The position numbers and the translations under genes are program-made. A stretch of 64,000 nt of DNA from an uncultured Solirubrobacterales bacterium (GTDB lineage Bacteria; Actinomycetota; Thermoleophilia; Solirubrobacterales; 70-9), in contig CAVOYZ010000010.1 in NCBI GenBank assembly GCA_963700785.1, positions 14,870 to 78,869 of the forward strand. Reading direction: 5' to 3'. The notes beneath the pieces are model-generated. The model was not told the DNA's origin, made no database searches, and saw only the letters and a program-made list of their open reading frames with translations. Below, piece after piece: positions 20,919 through 29,659 of the stretch (positions are counted from its first letter, which is position 1; every line of letters starts with the position of its first letter).

Positions 20919-21599
20919 ATGCACCAGACCAAGGTCAAGGTCGCCGAGGACGCGCTCGACGCGAACACCACGATCGCGACCGCCAATCGGGCTGATTTCG
21001 ACCGCGCCGGCGTCGCGGTCGTCAACCTGATGAGCGCCCCGGGGGCGGGCAAGACGATGTTGCTGGAGCGCGCCCTGGCGGAGCGCGGCGATCTGCGCGT
21101 CGGGGTTCTCGAGGGAGACGTGCAGGGCTCGATCGACGCGGACCGGCTCTCCGCCCTGCATGTGCCGGTCGTTCAGATCAACACCGACTCCGGCTTCGGC
21201 GGCGAGTGCCACCTCGACGCCAACATGGTTCGCTCGGCCCTCGCCGAGCTGAGGCTCGGCGAGCTCGACCTGCTGGTCGTCGAGAACGTCGGCAACCTCG
21301 TCTGCCCGGCCGAGTTCCGGATCGGCGAGGACGCGAAGGCGATGATCTGCTCGGTCACCGAGGGGGAGGACAAGCCGCTCAAGTACCCGCTGATGTTCCG
21401 TTCCTGCGAGCTGGTGGTGATCAACAAGACGGATCTGCTTCCACATCTCGACTACGACGTCGACGCGCTGCTTGCCAACATCGACCGGGTCAACCCGGAG
21501 GCGGTCGTGATGCAGCTCAGCGCCCGCACCGGGGAGGGGGTCGATCGCTTTCGGGAGTGGCTGTTCGGCATCGCCGATCGGGCGCCGGCCGGGGGCTAG
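20919..21599 (+). CDS. hypB: Hydrogenase nickel-incorporation GTPase HypB
   Basis: 226 aa, P-loop SAPGAGKT, ENVGNLVCPA, INKTDL. No His-rich stretch or N-terminal CxxCGC motif. Confidence 0.93.
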   Translation: MHQTKVKVAEDALDANTTIATANRADFDRAGVAVVNLMSAPGAGKTMLLERALAERGDLRVGVLEGDVQGSIDADRLSALHVPVVQINTDSGFGGECHLDANMVRSALAELRLGELDLLVVENVGNLVCPAEFRIGEDAKAMICSVTEGEDKPLKYPLMFRSCELVVINKTDLLPHLDYDVDALLANIDRVNPEAVVMQLSARTGEGVDRFREWLFGIADRAPAGG

Positions 21600-21608
21600 G
21601 GGGAGCGG

Positions 21609-22874
21609 GTGGAGCTCGCCGGCGCGACGGGCCGGGACCAGCTGGCGCCGTGGCTGGAGCGGGCGCTTGCCGCGCGGCGCGAGGCCGGCTCGACGATGTT
21701 CGAGCGCGAGTCGCCACGGATCGCCCGCTGCTGCCACCGAATGGCCCAGCGCTTCGCGAGCGGCGGCCGGCTGATCTCGCTCGGCGCGGATCCCGCCGCC
21801 CGCTCCGACGCTCGTCACGTCTCGGTCGAGTTCGTGCATCCGGTGATCGTCGGCAAGCGGGCGTTGCCCGCCACCGCGCTGACGGGCGAGGGTGGCCCGC
21901 TCACGGCGCAGCTCGAGGCGGTCGTCGGTCGCGACGACATCGTGATCGGCTTCGGGCTCGGCGCCGGTGGTGCCGCCGCCGGGGAGACCGCGGAGGCGTT
22001 GGCGGCCGCTGCCGGTCATGGCTGCATGACGATCGCCTTCGGCCCCGGAGGGCCCGTCGACGGGGACGGTCACTGGCTGTTCGAGCCGCCGAGCGCGGAT
22101 CCGGCGATTCGCCAGGAGCTGGTCGAGACCCTCTACCACGTCCTCTGGGAGCTGGTTCACGTCTTCTTCGAGCACCGCGGACTGCTGGCGGGACCCGGCG
22201 ATCAGCCGTCCGCTCGGAGCCCGGCCGGCTTTCTCTACCCGTTCCTGGAGGGTGGTGAGGCCGATCTCGACGCGGTGCTCTCAGACGTGTCCGCCTCGGT
22301 GCGGATGAAGTCGGACGAGGTTGGGGAGCTGCGCGCCCAGACGTTGCGTGAGAACGCCGCCGAGCTGGCTTCCGCGGCCGAGACGCTCAGGGCCTGCTTC
22401 GAGGCCGGCGGGCGGGTGCTGGCCTTCGGCAACGGCGGCTCGGCGACGGATGCGATGGATCTCGTCGCCGACCTCCGCCTGCCCGAGGTCGCCGGATGGC
22501 GCTCCCGACCGGCGCTGGACCTCACCGAGGACACGGGAATCATCACCGCGGTCGCCAACGATGTCGGCGTTGCGGAGATCTTCCAGCGGCAGCTGATCGC
22601 ATCCGGGCGCGAGGGTGACGTGGCGGTCGCCTTCTCGACCAGCGGTGGCTCCGAGAACCTGATCGAGGGCCTCGCGGAGGCGCGACGAAGGCGGATCGGC
22701 ACGGTTGCGTTCGTCGGCTACGACGGCGGGCGAATCGTCGCCGATCGCCTCGCCGACGCGGTGATCATCAGCCGCTCTCAGCACATACCCCGGATCCAGG
22801 AGGCGCAGGCCAGCGCCTACCACCTGTTGCGGGAGCTGGTCGAGACGGCGGAGATGGGCGGGGCGCGGCAATGA
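21609..22874 (+). CDS. Tandem SIS-domain protein (degenerate N-terminal + intact GmhA/DiaA-like C-terminal domain) embedded in the hyp operon
   Basis: 421 aa. The C-half has GmhA-type motifs: GGRVLAFGNGGSATDAMDL, ANDVG...IFQRQ, STSGGSENL, VGYDGG, IPRIQEAQ. The N-half has the same spacing but altered motifs: GGRLISLGADPAARSDARH, GFGLGAGG. GTG start 9 nt after hypB; stop overlaps the hypF ATG. Confidence 0.8.
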   Translation: MELAGATGRDQLAPWLERALAARREAGSTMFERESPRIARCCHRMAQRFASGGRLISLGADPAARSDARHVSVEFVHPVIVGKRALPATALTGEGGPLTAQLEAVVGRDDIVIGFGLGAGGAAAGETAEALAAAAGHGCMTIAFGPGGPVDGDGHWLFEPPSADPAIRQELVETLYHVLWELVHVFFEHRGLLAGPGDQPSARSPAGFLYPFLEGGEADLDAVLSDVSASVRMKSDEVGELRAQTLRENAAELASAAETLRACFEAGGRVLAFGNGGSATDAMDLVADLRLPEVAGWRSRPALDLTEDTGIITAVANDVGVAEIFQRQLIASGREGDVAVAFSTSGGSENLIEGLAEARRRRIGTVAFVGYDGGRIVADRLADAVIISRSQHIPRIQEAQASAYHLLRELVETAEMGGARQ

Positions 22875-25213
22875 GCACCGCGCTCGAGAGCCGTCGGCGG
22901 GTCTGCGTCCGGGTCGAGGGCATCGTCCAGGGGGTCGGCTTCCGGCCCTACGTCCACAGGCTCGCCGGGGATCTCGACCTCGGCGGCTTCGTCCTCAACG
23001 ACGGGCGCGGGGTCCTGATCGAGGTCGAGGGCGATCGGCGCGCGGTCGAGAGCTTCCTCGAGCGGCTTCCGGCCGAGGCGCCGCCGCTCGCCCGCCTCGA
23101 GCGGATCGCGTCCGATCGGATCGCGCCCCGCGGCGAGGAGCGGTTCGCGATCGAGGCCAGCCGGGACACCGGGGCGGGCGACACCCAGATCAGTCCCGAC
23201 AACGCCACCTGCGCCGACTGCCTCTCGGAGCTGCGGGATCCCGCCGACCGGCGCTACCGCTATCCGTTCATCAACTGCACGAACTGCGGTCCCCGGTTCA
23301 CGATCGTCGCCGGCGTCCCATACGACCGGTCGCTGACGACGATGGCGGCGTTCGAGATGTGCCGGGCCTGCCGGGCCGAGTACGACGATCCCGATGATCG
23401 TCGCTTCCATGCCCAGCCCAACGCCTGCCCGGAGTGCGGACCGACGGTCCGGCTGCTCGATCCCTCGGGTGGCGAGGTGCACGAGCCGGGAGCCGACGCG
23501 GTGGCCGCGACCGGCCGGGCTCTGCGCTCCGGGCTGATCGTCGCGGTCAAGGGCATCGGCGGCTATCACCTCGCCTGCCGCGCCGACAGCGAGCCCGCCG
23601 TGGCGACGCTTCGCGCTCGCAAGCGGCGCGAGGAGAAGCCGTTCGCGGTGATGACGAGAAGCCTCGAGAGCGCCGCCTCCCTGATCGAGCTCAGCGAGGC
23701 GGAGCGGGCGCTGCTGGCCGGCCCCCAGCGGCCGATCGTGATCGCGCGGCGCCGGTCGGCCGCCTCGGTCGCCGCGTCGGTCGCCCCGGACAGCCCCGAC
23801 CTCGGCGTGATGCTCCCGTACTCGCCCCTGCACCACCTGCTGGCGGCGGACGCGGGGGTCGATCTGGTGATGACGTCCGGCAACGTGAGCGACGAGCCGA
23901 TCGCCTACGAGGATGACGAGGCGCTCGACCGGCTCGGTGCGATTGCCGATCGCCTCTGCGTTCACGATCGCAAGATCCACACTCGCACCGACGACTCCGT
24001 CGTCCGTGCGCTCGACCGGCGGCTGCGATCCGAGCCCCTGATCCTGCGCCGCTCCCGCGGCTGGGTCCCCGGCGCCCTCGACATGCCGAACGAGGCAGCC
24101 CGCCCGGTGCTGGCCTGCGGGGCTGAGCTGAAGAGCACCTTCTGCCTCGCGCGGGGGCGCCACGCCTGGGTCTCCCACCACATCGGCGATCTCAAGAACT
24201 TCGAGACCCTGACCTCGTTCCGCAGGGGGATCGAGCACTTCGAGGACCTCCTCGAGGTCGAGCCCTCGGTCGTCGCCCACGACATGCACCCCGACTACCT
24301 CTCGACCGCCTACGCCCTGGAGCGGGCGGGCGTCGAGCGCGTCGCCGTGCAGCACCACCACGCCCACCTCGCGGCGGTGCTCGCCGAGCACGGGTCCGAG
24401 GGCCCCGCGGTTGGGGCGATCTACGACGGCGTTGGATACGGGGCCGACGGCACGGCCTGGGGCGGCGAGCTGCTGGTCGGGGGCCTCGGCTCCTACGATC
24501 GCGCCGGGCTGCTGCTTCCGGTCCGCCTGCCCGGCGGCGACAAGGGCGCCCGCCAGCCCTGGCGGATGGCCTGCTCGTGGCTGGCCGCAGCCTTCGACGG
24601 AGCGCCGGAGCGGGCGCCTGAGCCGCTCGCCGGGCTCGTCGACCCCGGCGCCTGGGAGGCGGTCGCCGGGATCTGTCGGACCGGCCTGGCGTCGCCGCTG
24701 ACGACGAGCGCAGGCAGGCTGTTCGACGCGGTTGCCGCGCTCTGCGGGCTGCGGAGCGAGATCCACTACGAGGGGCAGGCCGCGATCGAGCTCGAAGCCG
24801 CCGCCGCTGCCGATCCGGTCGATCAGCAGCCGTATCCGATGCCGCTGCTCGACCAGCGTCCCGGACCGATCGTGATCGACGCCCGGCCGACGGTTCGCGC
24901 GATCGTCGCCGACCTGGATCGCGAGACCGTGCCCACGATCGCGGCCCGCTTCCACGCGGCGATCGCCACCGCCACCGCAGAGGCCTTGGGCCGGCTGGCG
25001 GAGCGACAAGGGCTCTCTGATGTCGTGCTTTCCGGTGGCGTCTTCCAGAACCGGCTGCTGCTCGAGGGTGTGGTCCCCGCTCTGTCGGCCCGCGGGCTGC
25101 GGCCGCTGCTGCCGCTGCGACTGCCGGCCAACGATGCGGCGATCGCCTACGGGCAGGCGGCGATCGCCGCCCATGCCGCGACCCCGATCGGCGCAGGCCC
25201 GGTGGCGCGGTGA
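22871..25213 (+). CDS. hypF: Carbamoyltransferase HypF
   Basis: 780 aa: acylphosphatase-like N-terminus (VRVEGIVQGVGFRPYV), two zinc-finger pairs (CADC...CTNCGPRF; CRAC...CPECGP), YrdC-like and Kae1-like domains. Confidence 0.97.
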   Translation: MSTALESRRRVCVRVEGIVQGVGFRPYVHRLAGDLDLGGFVLNDGRGVLIEVEGDRRAVESFLERLPAEAPPLARLERIASDRIAPRGEERFAIEASRDTGAGDTQISPDNATCADCLSELRDPADRRYRYPFINCTNCGPRFTIVAGVPYDRSLTTMAAFEMCRACRAEYDDPDDRRFHAQPNACPECGPTVRLLDPSGGEVHEPGADAVAATGRALRSGLIVAVKGIGGYHLACRADSEPAVATLRARKRREEKPFAVMTRSLESAASLIELSEAERALLAGPQRPIVIARRRSAASVAASVAPDSPDLGVMLPYSPLHHLLAADAGVDLVMTSGNVSDEPIAYEDDEALDRLGAIADRLCVHDRKIHTRTDDSVVRALDRRLRSEPLILRRSRGWVPGALDMPNEAARPVLACGAELKSTFCLARGRHAWVSHHIGDLKNFETLTSFRRGIEHFEDLLEVEPSVVAHDMHPDYLSTAYALERAGVERVAVQHHHAHLAAVLAEHGSEGPAVGAIYDGVGYGADGTAWGGELLVGGLGSYDRAGLLLPVRLPGGDKGARQPWRMACSWLAAAFDGAPERAPEPLAGLVDPGAWEAVAGICRTGLASPLTTSAGRLFDAVAALCGLRSEIHYEGQAAIELEAAAAADPVDQQPYPMPLLDQRPGPIVIDARPTVRAIVADLDRETVPTIAARFHAAIATATAEALGRLAERQGLSDVVLSGGVFQNRLLLEGVVPALSARGLRPLLPLRLPANDAAIAYGQAAIAAHAATPIGAGPVAR

Positions 25214-25986
25214 GCTTCGAGTTCCTGTTCACGCCGCTCGAGCAGGTCGACGCCGAGCTCACCGAGCTGTTCGCCGCGGCGCCGCTGCTGGTCGCGCTCG
25301 GTGCGGCCCTGTTGCTCGGTCTCCGTCACGCCTCCGATCCCGATCACCTGGTCGCCGTCACCTCGTTGGTCGCCCGTGACGATCGCGGCGTTCGCTCGGC
25401 GTTCAGGATCGGGGCCTGGTGGGGGCTCGGACATGCGCTCGTTCTGATCGCGCTCGGCATGCCGCTGATCCTGCTCAAGTCGTCGCTGCCGAGCTGGCTC
25501 GAACGCGGCGCGGAGATCGGCGTCGGAGTGATCATCGTCGTGCTCGCCGGGCGACTGATCGGCAAGTGGGTTCGAGGCGACTACCGGGCGGCCGGCCACC
25601 GCCACGATCCGGGGGCGCCCGGCTCGGGGCCGGCCGGCGTGCACCGGCATCTGCAACCCGCGGGCGGCGCGGGCCACACCCATCCTGCGGCCGAGGACGC
25701 CCGGACGCCGGGGCAGGCGTTCGCGATCGGCGCGATCCACGGCCTGGCGGGCACCGGTGCGGTCGTCGTCCTGTTGATCGCGTCGCTGCCGACTCGTCTC
25801 GAGGCGGCCGCCGCGCTCGCCGTCTTCGCGCCGATGTCGATCGTCTCGATGTCGTTCGTGACGGCGGCGCTTGCCTGGACCCTGACCCGCCCGTTCGTCG
25901 AGCCGGTCTACCGGAGCGTGCTGATCCCGGGCCTGGGGCTGTTCGGGCTGCTGTTCGGTGTCTGGTACGCGGCGCTCGGCGCCTGA
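25210..25986 (+). CDS. Short NicO/NiCoT-related (UreH-like) nickel/cobalt transporter
   Basis: 258 aa, about 6 TM segments, signature GLRHASDPDH (HxxxxDH of NiCoT-type permeases). Central loop has three HxH motifs (GHRHD, VHRHL, GHTHP). GTG start overlaps the hypF stop. Confidence 0.7.
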   Translation: MSFEFLFTPLEQVDAELTELFAAAPLLVALGAALLLGLRHASDPDHLVAVTSLVARDDRGVRSAFRIGAWWGLGHALVLIALGMPLILLKSSLPSWLERGAEIGVGVIIVVLAGRLIGKWVRGDYRAAGHRHDPGAPGSGPAGVHRHLQPAGGAGHTHPAAEDARTPGQAFAIGAIHGLAGTGAVVVLLIASLPTRLEAAAALAVFAPMSIVSMSFVTAALAWTLTRPFVEPVYRSVLIPGLGLFGLLFGVWYAALGA

Positions 25987-26062
25987 GACAGCGCCGGCCG
26001 GCGTGGCGCAGCCCGGGCCGCGGCGACCCTGTCGGGGCGGGGTCGAGCCGGGACCGCCGGGC

Positions 26063-27013
26063 TCAGGCCGCGGTCGTCGCGTCGGCTGCGGAGCCGATCT
26101 CGATCGTCTCCCCGGTCTCCTGCTCGGAGACCTGCCAGAGCCTTGCGATCCCCTCGCTCATGCCGATCCTTCGCAGGATCGGCTTGCGGACCGGCGGTCC
26201 GCTGTTGACCCAGAGCGGTCCATAGAACTCGCCGCCTCGCGCATTCGGATCGGTCGCCGCCCGGAGCTGGGAGAGGGCGCCCTGAGCCGGTTCCATCCCC
26301 GAGCGGGCCGCCATGCCGTGGAAGAAGCGCGCCCAGCGATCGCCGGCGTTCTCGCTCGCGGCGTGGGCCTGTAGGTCGGTGTTCGAGAGCCCCGGGTGAG
26401 CGATCAGGCTCGCCGCCGAGACTCCGGCCTGCTCGAAGCGGCGCTGCAGGCCGATCCCGAAGTGGAAGTTGGCGAGCTTCGACTGCCCGTAGGACTTCCA
26501 GGGACCGTAGTTGCCCTCGAGGTGGGGATTCGACGGGTCGACGGCGCGGCCCATGTGGTGCGCCGTGCTGGTCACGCTGACGACCCTGGCGGCGGGAGCC
26601 TGCAGGAGCGCCGGCATCAGCCTCGACGTGAGCACCCAGTGCCCGAGGTGATTGACGCCGAGCTGCATCTCGAAGCCGTCCGCGGTGCGTCGCTCGGGCA
26701 TCGCCATCAGTCCGGCGTTGTTGACGAGGATGTCGATCTCGGAGTGGTCCTCGAGGACCGCGGTGGCTGCCTCCCTGACCGAGTCGAGCGAGCCGAGGTC
26801 GAGCGGCACGACCTCGAGCACGGCATCGGGGCTCTCGGCGCGGATCTCGGCCTCGGCCGCGGCCGCCTTCTCCTGGTTTCTGGCCGCCATCAGGACTCGG
26901 GCCCCCTTTGCCGCGAGCGCCCGCGCCGTCTGGAGCCCGAGGCCGCCGTTGGCGCCGGTGATCAGCGCGGTGCGCCCCTCGAGGCCGGGGATGTCATCAC
27001 TGCTCCAGGACAT
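26063..27013 (-). CDS. Short-chain dehydrogenase/reductase family oxidoreductase
   Basis: 316 aa, TALITGANGGLG, NNAG, YGQSK catalytic motif. Confidence 0.9.
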   Translation of the reverse strand: MSWSSDDIPGLEGRTALITGANGGLGLQTARALAAKGARVLMAARNQEKAAAAEAEIRAESPDAVLEVVPLDLGSLDSVREAATAVLEDHSEIDILVNNAGLMAMPERRTADGFEMQLGVNHLGHWVLTSRLMPALLQAPAARVVSVTSTAHHMGRAVDPSNPHLEGNYGPWKSYGQSKLANFHFGIGLQRRFEQAGVSAASLIAHPGLSNTDLQAHAASENAGDRWARFFHGMAARSGMEPAQGALSQLRAATDPNARGGEFYGPLWVNSGPPVRKPILRRIGMSEGIARLWQVSEQETGETIEIGSAADATTAA

Positions 27014-27044
27014 GCGCTCCTCCGTCGAGTGAGTGAGTACCCGT

Positions 27045-27647
27045 TCAGGCTACCCGGGAACGCGCGGGCGCGAGGATCAGCTCGACGTATCCGTCGGCGA
27101 TCTGCTCGGCCCTCAGCGGGCCCCGGGGCCGGTACCACTGGACCGTGTGGTTGACCATCCCGAGCAGCGCGTAGCGGGCGAGCTCGGCGCTGGGGACTGC
27201 GGCGGCATCCAGTGCCCCGGCCAGCAGCTGCTCGAACTCCTTGCGGCTGCGGCGCACCCCGCGCCACTGATCGCCGTGATCGACCACGTGACGGACCTGG
27301 GTGAAGACCAGCAGGTGGTCCCGGTGCGCGACCACGTGCGAGACCCAGAGCCGCACCAGGTCGCGGAGCTGATCCTCGGCCGGCGAGGAATCCGTTGCGA
27401 GCAGCTCGCGTGAGGCCGCGAGCAGCGGCTCCATGAGCTGGTCGCAGATCTCGATCAGGAGCTCCTCCTTGCCGTGGAAGTAGTGGTAGAGCGCACCAGT
27501 CGCCAGCCCGAGCCGCGCCGCCAGCTCCGACACCGAGGTCTCGGCGTACCCGTGCTCGGCGAAGATCCGCGCCGACGAGCCGACCACCTCGGCTCGGCGG
27601 CGGTCGTAGCGGGCGCGGAGGGCCGGGCGTGTGGGTCTGGCGGCCAC
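27045..27647 (-). CDS. TetR-family transcriptional regulator
   Basis: [39 protein letters not shown] place the start at GTG 27647 ([10 protein letters not shown]...) because the longer track ORF (to 27872) would overlap the divergent carboxylase gene. Confidence 0.85.
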   Translation of the reverse strand: MAARPTRPALRARYDRRRAEVVGSSARIFAEHGYAETSVSELAARLGLATGALYHYFHGKEELLIEICDQLMEPLLAASRELLATDSSPAEDQLRDLVRLWVSHVVAHRDHLLVFTQVRHVVDHGDQWRGVRRSRKEFEQLLAGALDAAAVPSAELARYALLGMVNHTVQWYRPRGPLRAEQIADGYVELILAPARSRVA

Positions 27648-27681
27648 CGCTGCAGATGGTAGCCCAATCTCCGAGCGTTCG

Positions 27682-27717
27682 TTCGAACATCGAATGAATA
27701 TTCGGTATATTGAGCCG
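27682..27717 (+). promoter_or_regulatory. Promoter/operator module: TTCGAA (-35-like), CGAA-N6-TTCG inverted repeat, TATATT (27706-27711), 6 nt, then ATG 27718 (leaderless-type)
   Basis: Read directly. 15-mer ttcggtatattgagc (27701-27715) plus CGAA (27691-27694) and TT..A of the -35 recur in the same register at 62821-62854. Confidence 0.5.
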
Positions 27718-29659
27718 ATGGAGGGCAGCGATTCAGGCGTCCAGGGGCTCGGGCCGGTACTGGTCGCCAACCGCGGCGAGATCTCGGTCCGGGTGCAGCG
27801 CAGCGCTCGGGAGCTCGGTCTGCGGACGGTCGCCGTCTTCGCCGCCCCCGATCGCGGCGCCCCGCACGCCACGCTCGCCGACGAGTCGGTCCTGGTCTCG
27901 AGCTATCTCGACTCCGACGAGCTGATCCGCGCCGCGCGGGTGAGCGGCGCCCGCTCGGTCCATCCCGGCTACGGCTTTCTCAGCGAGAACGCGGACTTCG
28001 CCCGGGCGGTCGATCGGGCGGGGATCACCTGGATCGGGCCGCCGGCGGCGGCGATCGAGCTGATGGGGGACAAGGCCCGCTCGAAGCAGCTCGCATTGGA
28101 GTCGGGCGTCCCGGTCGTCCCCGGCACCGAGGGCGCCGACGCGAGCGCCGAGCAGATCCGCGCCCTCGCGGCGGAGCACGGCTACCCGCTGATCATCAAG
28201 GCGCTTGCCGGCGGCGGCGGCAAGGGCATGCGGGTCGTTGCCGCCGCCGACGACCTCGACGCCGCGCTTGAGGCCGCCCGGCGCGAGGCGGAGGCTGCCT
28301 TCGGCGACGGGCGGGTGCTGGCGGAGCGCTACCTGGAGCGGCCGCGCCACATCGAGATCCAGGTGCTCGCCGACTCGCATGGCAATGCGGTCCACCTCGG
28401 GGAGCGCGAGTGCTCGCTGCAGCGACGCCATCAGAAGGTGATCGAGGAGGCCCCTTCGCCGATCGTCGACGCCCGCTTGCGGGAGGAGATGGGATCGGCC
28501 GCCGTTGCGCTGGCGATCGCCTGCGACTACGAGGGAGCCGGCACGGTCGAGTTCATCGTTCCCGCCTCCGGCGAGCGCTTCTTCTTTCTCGAGATGAACA
28601 CGCGGCTGCAGGTTGAGCACCCGGTCACCGAGATGGTTTGGGGAGTCGACCTCGTCTGCCAGCAGCTTCGCCTCGCCGCCGGTGAGCGGCTCGACGAGGG
28701 TCTGGCCTCGTCAGGGCCCGTCGGGCATGCGGTCGAGGCCCGCCTGTACGCCGAGGACCCTGCAGCGGGCTTTCTGCCCTCGACCGGCGTCGTCAGGCGC
28801 TGGTGCGAGCCGGTCGGCGCCGGGATCCGGATCGACTCGGGCGTCGCGGCGGGAAGTGTGGTCGGCACCGAGTTCGATCCGATGCTCGCGAAGCTGATCG
28901 CTCACGGGCCCGACCGGCCGACGGCGCTCGGCCGCCTCGACCGGGCGCTCGCAGAGCTCGAGCTGCTCGGCGTCACCAGCAGCGCCGCGTTCAGCCGCGC
29001 CCTGCTCGCCGATCCGGAGGTCAGGGCCGGGCGGCTTGACACGACGCTGCTCGAACGGCTGCTGGAGGGGCTCGACCTGACCGTCCCCGACGACCTGATC
29101 GCCGCGGGCGCACTCGGGCTGTTTCTCGCCGACACCGAGGGCTTCGGGATCGGCGCCGGTCCCTGGCGTCGGCGCTTTGCTCGGCTCGGCGGAGATCCGG
29201 ATCGGCGACGGCGGGATCAGCGGCGCGGTTCGGTTCGCGCGGGCCGAGGCGCGACGGCTCGACGACGGCTCGCTGCTCTGCGAGCTCGACGGGCTCGCCA
29301 GGACCTATGCGGCATCGCTTGACGGGGACGCGATCTGGATCGCGCGTGACGGCCACCAGCTGCGGATGGAGCCGGAGCGCAGGACGCGCGGGGCTCCCGA
29401 GGCGGCGGGCTCGCTCGAGGCGCCGATGCCCGGCGTGGTGCTGATCGTCGAGGCCGCCAACGGAGACCGGGTCGAGCGCGGCCAGGTCCTGCTCGTGCTC
29501 GAATCGATGAAGATGGAGCTGCAGGTGACCGCACCGGCCGCCGGCGTGGTCGAGGGTCTCGAGCTGAGGGTCGGAGATCGCGTCGCCCAGGGCGACGCCC
29601 TGGCCGTGATCGGCGCCGATCCTGATCAGGGTCCCGCCGACGGGATCGAGGAGGGCTGA
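27718..29659 (+). CDS. Biotin-dependent acyl-CoA carboxylase alpha subunit (biotin carboxylase + BCCP), MCCase-alpha-like; frame disrupted near 29180
   Basis: [12 protein letters not shown]..., ATP-grasp [24 protein letters not shown] in ORF 27631-29322. The biotinyl domain with ESMKMEL is in ORF 29177-29659, one frame off. Confidence 0.85.

Noticed and set aside
17595-26062. Hidden hydrogenase large or small subunit genes within or beside the hyp operon.
   Set aside because: Every ORF of suitable size in this span is accounted for by Hyp, SIS or transporter proteins. No RxCGxC / DPCxxC large-subunit signature was seen.
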